Shown here in pieces: positions 1 to 8,205 of a stretch of 64,000 bases of DNA. The notes under the pieces were generated by a model. The model had not been told where the DNA came from. It worked only from the letters and a program-made list of their open reading frames with translations, and ran no database searches. Each line of letters opens with the position of its first letter. The stretch's first letter is position 1. Both the position numbers and the translations under genes were made by a program. Source of the stretch: an uncultured bacterium (GTDB taxonomy: Bacteria > JAGOEH01); the NCBI GenBank assembly GCA_964632485.1, contig CAZWDO010000013.1, positions 1 through 64,000 of the forward strand, in the 5' to 3' direction.

Positions 1-651
1 CGAACCCGCGGCGGTCAAATCCGGCGCCCGGCCGTAGCGCGGCGAGTCCCACACCCCCGGCGTCAGCCGCTGGGCGCGCGGCGCCTCGCCGCTCCACTCG
101 CCCCACGCCGCCCCTGCCACCACCAGCGCCGCCGCCAGCGCCAGCTTCCGCCACCCCGCGCCCGCGCCGCCGCTCCCGCCGCTCCCGCCGCCCCTCACGC
201 CGTAATCCATACCATCCTCCTTCGGTTTATGTTCTTGTTTTGAAAAATCCACCCGCGCAACCCGCAATCCACCCGCCGCGCCGCAACCCAGCCCCTGCTC
301 AGCCCCGGCGCCGCAGGCGGCAAACCGCCCGCCACACTCACCACGCGCCTCAAGCGCTGCGCGGGCCGCCGCCCCAAGTCCACCCTTCGCCGCGTCGGCG
401 GTGATGCCCGGCGTGCCGGAGGACCACTTGGAGGTCTNNNNNNNNNNCGCCGCGTCGGCGGTGACATTTGCCGCCGCGCTCACATGCGACGCGCAGTCCG
501 CCGCCGCCAATATCCACCGCCCAGCGCCATCCAGCCAGGCCCGCATTTCGCGCGCCGCCGCTCTCCAGCCGCGCGTACGCTCGCCCGGCCTCGCCGCGCC
601 CACTCCGACCGACTCTGTTTGCCAGGTATTCTGTTCTCTCATTCGACGCAT
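1..651 (-). CDS. Partial GC-rich ORF running off the left edge; probable exported protein (alternative start at 210)
   Basis: Not in the ORF track. Frame is open from ATG 651 (GGAGG at 656-660) to base 1, across the N gap. A second in-frame ATG at 210 (GGAGG at 216-220) gives MDYGVRGGGSGGSGGAGAGWRKLALAAALVVAGAAWG-EW..., which is signal-peptide-like. Confidence 0.5.
   Translation of the reverse strand, partial: MRRMREQNTWQTESVGVGAARPGERTRGWRAAAREMRAWLDGAGRWILAAADCASHVSAAANVTADAAXXXXTSKWSSGTPGITADAAKGGLGAAARAALEARGECGGRFAACGAGAEQGLGCGAAGGLRVARVDFSKQEHKPKEDGMDYGVRGGGSGGSGGAGAGWRKLALAAALVVAGAAWGEWSGEAPRAQRLTPGVWDSPRYGRAPDLTAAGS
388..464. other. Scaffold gap (10 N, 438-447) with a 17-bp sequence duplicated on both sides
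   Basis: cgccgcgtcggcggtga occurs at 388-404 and 448-464. Confidence 0.9.
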
Positions 652-710
652 AACGCCTCCATTTTTTGATATTTAAAAGTTAATGGTAAAGTCATAGGTA
701 AGTTTAGCTT

Positions 711-743
711 ACTGGTGGAAGACCCATCGCACTGGTGGAAGAC
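711..743. repeat. 13-bp direct repeat
   Basis: actggtggaagac at 711-723 and 731-743. Confidence 0.7.
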
Positions 744-752
744 ACCCTAACA

Positions 753-808
753 CTGCCCTCTCCCCCCAAAGGGGACGACGCTGAAGTTTGAAGGGGGCGA
801 GGGGAATA
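753..808 (-). repeat. Inverted, interrupted copy of the 44-bp REP-like element
   Basis: ctgccctctccccc (753-766) and tgaagggggcgaggggaata (789-808) match the reverse complement of the 4927/6783 repeat, separated by a 22-bp insertion. Confidence 0.8.
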
Positions 809-1026
809 ATATATTGATTTTCATTATAAATAAGTAAAAAAATTCCCTAAAATGATGAATCCATTGAAAAAATTTATAAGATGTCGCCAAGTCCCCGTTA
901 AACTCAGGAAGCCCCGGAAGCCCCGTTAATCCCATCTTTCCACCATAAACCCACCCAAAATTTCTTAGTTTTAATCATAAATTACCCTTTTTTACGCATT
1001 TTCTACATAGCGCCATACCAAAATAT

Positions 1027-1055
1027 ATAATAATATGGAAATTCTTATTTGTCAA
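1027..1055 (-). promoter_or_regulatory. Sigma70-type promoter facing the left-edge ORF
   Basis: TTGACA-17 bp-TATTAT on the minus strand. Confidence 0.5.
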
Positions 1056-1163
1056 GCAAAAACAAACTTTAATGCAAAATGATAAAATATTTTTTTCTTG
1101 ACTTGTCGATTTTTTTATTAAATTGCTATAAATTGGTCGCGCATTTCCCATCGTATTCATAGA

Positions 1164-1358
1164 TTATTCCAAGCTATTTGAGAACTCCAAAAATATATTA
1201 TGGATCGGCTCTGAAAAAAAACGGCTTGTTATGGACCGGGACCAAAATGGGACTGAATAGAATGCTTCAGTGGCGTATGGCGATTCTGTAGGGAGTACTA
1301 CCCCCTTCCCGCTTCCGCACATCAAGATCAGTAAAATAAGGACAAACGCATGCTTCAT
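1164..1358 (-). CDS. Small hypothetical protein with signal-peptide-like N-terminus
   Basis: MKHAFVLILLILMC...; 64 aa, no other support. Confidence 0.3.
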   Translation of the reverse strand: MKHAFVLILLILMCGSGKGVVLPTESPYATEAFYSVPFWSRSITSRFFSEPIHNIFLEFSNSLE

Positions 1359-1404
1359 TATTTGATTTTATGGCCCGGGAATAAAGATAGTATTTGGGAA
1401 AAAC

Positions 1405-1433
1405 TTGACAATTTGTTCCAAAATCATTATACT
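1405..1433 (+). promoter_or_regulatory. Sigma70-type promoter
   Basis: TTGACA-17 bp-TATACT about 50 bp upstream of ATG 1485. Confidence 0.65.
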
Positions 1434-1484
1434 ATAGGTTTGAGCAGATGCGCCAGAACAGAACTTTAACACCAAGAGGCCCCC

Positions 1485-2729
1485 ATGAAACAAACCATAA
1501 TGGAACACATTGATGACCCGGTATTCCTCGAACAGCTTTACCGCAAGGACAAACAGAATTTCGTCAGCGCTTTTTCAGAAATTCCGGATGACTTTGCCGC
1601 AGATTTAGTCAGATTCTGGAAACTCCGCCTGGCGCCAGAATGTGAAAGTGAAGTCAATCTCTTTTTAAACCGGGACCTGTGGGTTGTGATCGCTCTTTCC
1701 CTGTTCACGGGAATACTGGTCAAACTTCCCAATTTATTTTCAGGCATTCAGGCGGACACATTTTATGCCCGAAATCTGGCCATGATCGTTTTTAATGGAA
1801 TTATTCTCTTTACCTTTTGGCAGTATCGGCTTTTCGAATGGAAAAAATTATTGGTTTATGGGCTGAGCGTCCTGATAGTAGCGCTATTTGTCAATCTGCT
1901 GCCTTTGGCTTCGGGCGATTCGATTATTCTCGCCCTGATGCATCTTCCCCTGCTTATGTGGGGATTGTGGGGTTTGGTTTTTATCCGGTTTGACCACCAT
2001 GCCATGGATCAACGAATCGGATTTATCCGCTTCAACGGCGAATTACTGATTATGACCGGTCTGATCCTGATTGCAGGTGCCATACTGGCAGCGCTGACGT
2101 TGGGTTTATTCTCCGCCATTGACGTCAGTATTGAGGAGTTTTATCTGGAATATGTGGTGGTGTTTGGCAGTGTTGCCGCCCCGATTATCTCATTTTATCT
2201 GATCCAGTTATACCCGACAATCACCAGTCGAATCGCCCCGGTGATCGCCCGAATTTTCACGCCACTGGTGGTGATTACGCTGACGATCTACCTGATCTCT
2301 TTGATAGCCGCGCAAAGTAAAATATTGGAAGACCGGGGTCTATTGCTTCTTTTCAACATCATGCTGCTGGCCGTGATGGCCATCATCGTCTTTTCAATCT
2401 CGCAACTCGATAAAAGCAAAGACAGGAACGTCAATATACTGATTTTATTCCTGTTGGCCGGAATGGCGATTATCGTGAACGGTATTGCCCTGACCGCGAT
2501 TATCACTCGGCTGACACATGGGTTCACACCCAACCGCACGGTCGTTTTAGGCTCGAACCTGCTGATTTTTATCAATTTGATCCTGATAGCCAGAAATTTG
2601 TTTCGCGCTTATTTCCATATAAATCAGCTTGATAGCGTGGAAAAAACGATCGCCCAATATCTACCGGTGTATTTGGCCTGGACCCTTTTTGTGATCTTCG
2701 CGCTTCCCTTTATTTTTGGAATGAAGTGA
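1485..2729 (+). CDS. Polytopic membrane protein, DUF4153-like
   Basis: 414 aa, ~10 hydrophobic segments, GFTPNR motif near the C-terminus, GAGG RBS. Confidence 0.75.
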   Translation: MKQTIMEHIDDPVFLEQLYRKDKQNFVSAFSEIPDDFAADLVRFWKLRLAPECESEVNLFLNRDLWVVIALSLFTGILVKLPNLFSGIQADTFYARNLAMIVFNGIILFTFWQYRLFEWKKLLVYGLSVLIVALFVNLLPLASGDSIILALMHLPLLMWGLWGLVFIRFDHHAMDQRIGFIRFNGELLIMTGLILIAGAILAALTLGLFSAIDVSIEEFYLEYVVVFGSVAAPIISFYLIQLYPTITSRIAPVIARIFTPLVVITLTIYLISLIAAQSKILEDRGLLLLFNIMLLAVMAIIVFSISQLDKSKDRNVNILILFLLAGMAIIVNGIALTAIITRLTHGFTPNRTVVLGSNLLIFINLILIARNLFRAYFHINQLDSVEKTIAQYLPVYLAWTLFVIFALPFIFGMK

Positions 2730-2738
2730 CCTGAAGCG

Positions 2739-2927
2739 TTAAAGAGCATCCACTACGAACGAGATGGTTACGCCATTCGGATCACTGATTCTTAGAATCC
2801 TGGCGCCTCCCGGCAGCTCAATGGGCTGCACGGGCGCCATGCCATTGCTGGCAAGGTATAGTTTGGCATTAGCGATGCGAGTTCGCAGTTCAGTTACGGT
2901 TGGTGGCATTCCCATCAGCCAGTTCAT
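2739..2927 (-). pseudogene. C-terminal fragment of a VOC/glyoxalase-like protein
   Basis: PIELPGGARILRISDPNGVTISF resembles the VOC C-terminal DPxG motif; only 62 aa. Confidence 0.45.
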
Positions 2928-2970
2928 GAATTGAGAACGGAATGTGTTCGTTTTTAACCGGGAATCGCCG

Positions 2971-3408
2971 CTATTTCTCCTTCAGCGGCCCGCGCCGGGT
3001 CAGCGCCCTCCAAATCAGCAGTGTCCATCCGACGATGAGCAGCAGCGCGACTCGCGATTCCAGCGCGATTTCACGGCTCAAAAGGCTTTCCAGTATCCCG
3101 GCGCTAAATGCCGCCGCAAAAAATCCTGCCAGGGGAGCGAGGATTATTCTCAATACCCGTTTAATTCTATGCGCGAGTCTATGAGGTTGCTCTCCGGCCT
3201 GACCGCGACTGATTGGTCTCTGAGGCGCATGTTGTGGAACTGGTTCGCATCGAGCAGGTTCCGGCCGCAAATAATCGGAAGGTGATGAATCTAAGGAAGG
3301 CGCAGGTTCTTCCCGCTTATGACGGGATTTGCGTTCACGCAGTGCCTGCCAAAGTTCCGCCGCGAAAACAATGATCAGCCCAATGGCTAAAAGGTTGAGA
3401 ATATTCAT
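2971..3408 (-). CDS. Hypothetical membrane protein (3 TM)
   Basis: One N-terminal and two C-terminal hydrophobic helices; minus-strand TTGACA-17-TATTCT at 3612-3584. Confidence 0.6.
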   Translation of the reverse strand: MNILNLLAIGLIIVFAAELWQALRERKSRHKREEPAPSLDSSPSDYLRPEPARCEPVPQHAPQRPISRGQAGEQPHRLAHRIKRVLRIILAPLAGFFAAAFSAGILESLLSREIALESRVALLLIVGWTLLIWRALTRRGPLKEK

Positions 3409-3692
3409 CCGTTACAGCTCTATTTCCCTTTTGATCAAATTTTTTAAAAGTTTTTGCAGTATTAACATAAAAACTCCATTTCTTCTAAAAATTTGGTGAA
3501 GCAGACGGCAAATCCATACTAACGCTTGCCAGGCTCTACAGTAGCCACCTGAAAGTAGAACCCCCTAAACTGATGCTATGTATAGAATAATTAATTTCAT
3601 GCTGACTGTCAAGAAATAAATTTTTATTGTAGGCGCAAAGCAGAAACTGACCTATAATTTCTCAATATTATTCGAAAATATTAAAAAAGGCC

Positions 3693-3723
3693 TTGACTTT
3701 TAATGTAACGTTTGTTACATTAA
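3693..3723 (+). promoter_or_regulatory. TetR promoter with overlapping palindromic operator
   Basis: TTGACT(3693)-17-TACATT(3716). Perfect 10-bp inverted repeat ttaatgtaac-gttt-gttacattaa at 3700-3723. Confidence 0.75.
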
Positions 3724-3727
3724 TGGC

Positions 3728-4327
3728 ATGAGCAGACCAATTGATCATCAAATCAAACAGACTATTTTGGATAACGTCTTATCGGCGCTATCCAGAAATG
3801 GGTTAAATAACTTGAGTTTAAGGGATGTGGCCCGTGAAGTGGGGATTAGCGCAAGAATGCTGATCTATCATTTCGGATCGTATGAAAATTTAATAAATTC
3901 AATATTTATTCAATTAAGCAAAAGACACAAGGATATCTTAAAAAAAATAATATCGGAAAATTCAGAGAAAACTCTGGAAGAGGTTTTTCAACTATTCATC
4001 ACGACTCTATTTACCAGCGATTATCGAACCACCTTATTGCTCTTTTTGGAATTATATACCAAGGCGCTGCGGGATGTGAATGACTACGGCGCTTTTTTTG
4101 ATGCGGTTTTGTATGAATGGATAGAGGAAGTGGAAGCGGTTATTTATGAGCTTCATCCGGATAGGTCTCGCATATATGCTCCGATTATCGTTGCGTTTTA
4201 TCGGGGACTTATGCTTGATTGGCTGGTCAGCAATGACAGTAAACGAATCATCGAATGCAGTAATGCCTTTGCCGCATTAATTGCTACTAAATTGAAGTCT
4301 GGTGCATCGGATGTTATTGATGAATGA
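3728..4327 (+). CDS. TetR/AcrR family transcriptional regulator
   Basis: N-terminal HTH SLRDVAREVGISARMLIYHFGS; 199 aa. Confidence 0.92.
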   Translation: MSRPIDHQIKQTILDNVLSALSRNGLNNLSLRDVAREVGISARMLIYHFGSYENLINSIFIQLSKRHKDILKKIISENSEKTLEEVFQLFITTLFTSDYRTTLLLFLELYTKALRDVNDYGAFFDAVLYEWIEEVEAVIYELHPDRSRIYAPIIVAFYRGLMLDWLVSNDSKRIIECSNAFAALIATKLKSGASDVIDE

Positions 4328-4494
4328 GATCGGTAATTTTCCCCGGTGCGTGTATTAAGGTTTATATTGAGAGGAGATTGATCGGCTTCATTGGTTGTTC
4401 TGGAATCGGTATGACGTTTGACGGCGATAATTGATCACGGTGATACGGTTATCGCAAGTACAACATAAACACTAAAGAGAAAAGGAGACATGAA

Positions 4495-4905
4495 ATGACG
4501 CTGACCACAATTTTGCCAGTATTGGCAGGTATTCTCATTGCGATTTTTATGGTGTACACTGCTTATGGAGATGGCATAAATATGAAGAAGCGTTGGATAT
4601 TCCCCGCTGTAGTATCGTTACTATTTTTAGTATTTTCTCTCATGGCTGTGATTTCTGGAGGCGCTTCCGGGTTCTGGGTAGAGCACACCCGTAATTTGTG
4701 GGGCAACCAGATTTGGTTCGACCTGCTATTAGCGGCGGGAATTGGCTGGTTTCTCATTGTGCCGCAGGCTAAGGCTCAAGGCATGCGTCTTCTTCCGTGG
4801 GGGATTTTGATTGTTTGCTCCGGTTGTATTGGATTCACCGCCATGCTTGCCCGCTTGCTTTACTTGCAAGAGCGCTCCGGGTGTTGCGCGCCAGACAAAA
4901 AATGA
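4495..4905 (+). CDS. Small membrane protein (DUF2834-like)
   Basis: Four hydrophobic helices, QIWFDLL motif, AAGGAG RBS. Confidence 0.7.
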   Translation: MTLTTILPVLAGILIAIFMVYTAYGDGINMKKRWIFPAVVSLLFLVFSLMAVISGGASGFWVEHTRNLWGNQIWFDLLLAAGIGWFLIVPQAKAQGMRLLPWGILIVCSGCIGFTAMLARLLYLQERSGCCAPDKK

Positions 4906-4926
4906 TCAAAAAATGGGGAGGGTGCC

Positions 4927-4970
4927 TATTCCCCTCGCCCCCTTCAGGGGGAGAGGGCAGGGTGAGGGGG
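4927..4970 (+). repeat. 44-bp REP-like hairpin element, copy 1
   Basis: tattcccctcgcccccttcagggggagagggcagggtgaggggg, identical to 6783-6826. Confidence 0.9.
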
Positions 4971-4985
4971 AAATAACAAATAAAC

Positions 4986-6662
4986 TCAGACGTTAACCGT
5001 CTCGACCGTGACTTCGCAGCCGAAGAATTGCAGCAGATAGCCGCGTAGTTCCATGCCCGCATGGCGCGGCAAATGCGCCAAATCCCACTTTACCTGCGCG
5101 ATGCCCTCCAGCCGCTGTGCTTCCATTTTGGCCGCGTCCTTCGCCGCTTCCAACGACAGGTATTTCAGTTCGATCGCCGCTTCTACCTTCACCTCCGGAT
5201 TGCGCGCCTTGAGGTAGATATCCGCATAGCGCCGCTCAATCTCATATTCGCTATAGACCATATAGGCAGCGCTCAACATCAGGTAGGCCATCATCACCAT
5301 CTTGATATGCTTCTCATTCAAGCGGATGCTGTCGCGATTGGAGTATTTCGACAAGGCTTCCGATATGATCCGCGCCAATGGCGCGATATCGCCTTCGAGG
5401 CCCAGACTTTTGATGGCCAACTGGATTTTATGCGCATCAATTGTAAATCCATTTTCGCGCATCAGGAGTTGCCGGAAAAAACTGTAGTAGAGTTCGCGAA
5501 TCGCATAGTTCGGCGTTGTATAATACACCATGCCAAAATCCACGTGATCCGCGGTCACAAATCCCAGATAAAAGAGCAAGGATTTGTAGTCTTCCAGGGA
5601 TCGTCCGATTTCCAGATTGAATTCCCGGGTCAGTTGGATCGGCAACGGCTCGCCGGAAAGGAGCTGTTCCAGTATCTCCCGCCGTTCGCCCGTCGGTTGG
5701 AGAATTTGTTCCAGTTTCTTGTGATCCGAGGCGATATTGCTATCCAATACTTCAGCGGGAGCTTTGGCGCCTTTGGCGTATTCCTTGAGATAATATAGCA
5801 CCATATCACTGTTGTAAACCCGCGTTTGCGCATCGGGGGAAAACAGATAACCGTTGTAATAGTCGCGCAGCTCTTCGATCTCGATTGGATAGCTCAGGTC
5901 ATCAATCAGGTATTGAACCTCTTCTTCAGTGAACCCTTGCATCTCGTTGAACAGGGCATCGGTCGTTAAATGCGAGGCAATATTGAAACCGCTGGTGAGG
6001 GAGTCGAGGGTGATCGGCGAGACGCCGGTAATGAAAATGCGCTCCACAAACAGGCTTGCCGCTTCCTTGATCACCTCGTAAAACTTGCGCACAAATCCGG
6101 TCTTGGTGACCACGTTCCGGAACAGCTCATAGTTGAAGCTGAACAGCTCGTTGGCAAAATGGTCGTACTCGTCAATCAGCAGATATATTTTTTTATCGTG
6201 AAGATAGCGTTGGCAATGATTGCAGAATTGGGTCAGAATCGATGACGGCTCATCCGTAGGCGTAAATTCGAGGTTAGGAAGCTGATAATCAGCAAGGAAA
6301 TTATGAAGTGGTCCGGTGATTTTAATTCGGAAATCGTTCTTGAGCGTCGCCTCGTCGCTGGTTTGGATACCGCTGAAATTGAAGCGCAGGATGTAATAGC
6401 TGTTGCGCAATGGAGTGGGATGCTTGCCGATATAGAGATCGCCGAAAAGGCGATCGAAATCATCGGCGCGCCGCGTATCATAGTATGTGGCCAACGTATC
6501 GATCCATAGGGATTTGCCGAACTTGCGCGGTCTCAGGAATACCTGATACCAGCTTTCCTGGTTTTCCAGTTTTTCGATGTATTGAGTTTTATCGATATAA
6601 TAACAGTTTTCAGCGCGAATTTGAGTGAAATTCTGCAAACCGTAGGGAATGCGTTTGGGCAT
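4986..6662 (-). CDS. AAA-ATPase-like domain fused to a PD-(D/E)XK nuclease (PDDEXK_9/DUF1703 type)
   Basis: RPRKFGKS Walker A, LLIDEYD Walker B, FITGVS, YYNGY; C-terminal SEYE..YADI..IELK nuclease motif. Confidence 0.9.
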   Translation of the reverse strand: MPKRIPYGLQNFTQIRAENCYYIDKTQYIEKLENQESWYQVFLRPRKFGKSLWIDTLATYYDTRRADDFDRLFGDLYIGKHPTPLRNSYYILRFNFSGIQTSDEATLKNDFRIKITGPLHNFLADYQLPNLEFTPTDEPSSILTQFCNHCQRYLHDKKIYLLIDEYDHFANELFSFNYELFRNVVTKTGFVRKFYEVIKEAASLFVERIFITGVSPITLDSLTSGFNIASHLTTDALFNEMQGFTEEEVQYLIDDLSYPIEIEELRDYYNGYLFSPDAQTRVYNSDMVLYYLKEYAKGAKAPAEVLDSNIASDHKKLEQILQPTGERREILEQLLSGEPLPIQLTREFNLEIGRSLEDYKSLLFYLGFVTADHVDFGMVYYTTPNYAIRELYYSFFRQLLMRENGFTIDAHKIQLAIKSLGLEGDIAPLARIISEALSKYSNRDSIRLNEKHIKMVMMAYLMLSAAYMVYSEYEIERRYADIYLKARNPEVKVEAAIELKYLSLEAAKDAAKMEAQRLEGIAQVKWDLAHLPRHAGMELRGYLLQFFGCEVTVETVNV

Positions 6663-6782
6663 CGTAAACCTCCCGGTGAAAGATTGAGGGTTTCAATTCC
6701 AATATAATACCGGTAACGATCGAAGTCAAGGAGAAAATACCATGGATAAGCGCCTGCCATTCCTCGCTCGATGCGCCACCCT

Positions 6783-6826
6783 TATTCCCCTCGCCCCCTT
6801 CAGGGGGAGAGGGCAGGGTGAGGGGG
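6783..6826 (+). repeat. 44-bp REP-like hairpin element, copy 2
   Basis: Identical to 4927-4970. Confidence 0.9.
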
Positions 6827-6980
6827 GAGAGAATTTCTCATTACTATAGAAAATTTAAAGATTTATATGTTCGTGTCCTAATCCAGAGAATTGAATCCGT
6901 CATTGGTAAAAAACATGATAGTTGCATGGTGAATAAATTTTTGGTAATTAATGTATTATAAATATGATGTCTTAAATTAT

Positions 6981-7055
6981 TCGGGGCGACTGGATTCGAA
7001 CCAGCGGCCTCCTGCTCCCAAGGCAGGCGCGCTAACCGGGCTGCGCTACGCCCCG
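6981..7055 (-). tRNA. tRNA-Pro(UGG), CCA not encoded
   Basis: Reverse complement CGGGGCGTAGCGCAGCCCGGTTAGCGCG-CCTGC-CTTGGGA-GCAGG-AGGCCGCTGGTTCGAATCCAGTCGCCCCGA folds as a cloverleaf with anticodon TGG. Confidence 0.97.
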
Positions 7056-7094
7056 CATATTTCTTGTTAAATATAGTGTTTTTTTAGCTTTTTG

Positions 7095-8199
7095 TCAACC
7101 CTTTTCTTTGGGTTGCTTTAAAAAGCCTTCAATAAACAGATTAATCTCGCCGTCCATTACGGCCTGTATATTCCCCGTCTCCACTCCCGTTCGGTGGTCT
7201 TTGGCCAGTGTATATGGCATAAACACATAAGAACGTATCTGATTTCCCCAGGATATCTCCTTTTTTTCTCCGGCAATTTCTTCCCGTTTTTTGCGGTCTG
7301 ATTCTCGTTTGAGTTGGTAAAGCCGCGCCCGTAAAATCTTCATGGCGTATTCTTTGTTCTGATGCTGCGAGCGTTCTGATTGACATTGGGCGACGGTATT
7401 GGTCGGTATGTGGGTGATGCGAACCGCCGATTCGGTGCGGTTAACATGCTGTCCTCCGGCGCCGCTGGCCCGAAAGACATCAATCCGTAAATCCTTCTCT
7501 TCAATTTCCAATTCCACGTCTTCATCCATTTCAGGAATCACAGAAACCGAAGTGAACGAAGTATGGCGCCGTTTATTGGCATCAAATGGCGAAATGCGCA
7601 CTAAACGATGCACCCCGCTTTCCCCCCTCAAATACCCATAAGCGTAAGCTCCTGTAATTTCAATTGTTACACTTTTTACTCCTGCTTCTTCCCCGGGTTG
7701 AAAATCGATAACCTTATATTTATAGTTTTCCTTCTCCATCCATCGGATATACATACGCATTAGCATCTGAGCCCAATCCTGCGATTCAGTGCCCCCGGAA
7801 CCGGGATGTATCGAAAGAATGGCATCTTTGGGATCTACCGGGCTGCTCAATAGGCTGCGGATTTCCAGTTGATCAACTTCCTTGGTGAATTTAGTGAACT
7901 CTTGCTGAAATTCCGCTTCCATGCTCTCGTCCGGCTCTTCCTGAATCAGTTCATAGAGTTCCTGAAAATGTTGGAAATTAAGATTGGTCTGTTTGAAATC
8001 TTCATACACCGCTTTCAATCGTTTCAGTTCGGTGATGGTTTTATGAGATTCTTCCTTATTACTCCAAAAGTTGGCAACGCCGATTTTTTCTTCTAACGCG
8101 ACGATGTCTGATTTCAATTGATCGATGTCAAAGATACCTCCGCAGGTCATCCATTTTTTTTGTATACTGCAATACGAGTTGTTCTAATTCATAGGTCAT
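7095..8199 (-). CDS. prfB: Peptide chain release factor 2 with programmed +1 frameshift
   Basis: SPF and GGQ motifs. True start ATG 8199 gives 23 codons ending ...CGG AGG TAT CTT TGA C, then continues DIDQLK in the +1 frame. Confidence 0.97.
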
Positions 8200-8205
8200 A
8201 AAATT

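Noticed and set aside
195-676. Track ORFs 195-467, 401-676, 468-653 and 484-669
   Set aside because: Low-complexity shadow frames of GC-rich DNA without RBS; the minus 651-to-1 frame has better signals.
711-808. Short direct repeats and hairpin as a possible CRISPR array
   Set aside because: Only two 13-bp copies 7 bp apart, no spacer periodicity, no cas genes.
4811-5062. Small ORFs containing PLTLPSPPEGGEG
   Set aside because: They are translations of the REP-like repeat.
5061-5798. 245-aa plus-strand ORF
   Set aside because: Antisense shadow of the AAA-nuclease gene with no recognisable motifs.
6981-7000. att-site duplication of the tRNA 3' end
   Set aside because: I found no second copy and no integrase within the window.
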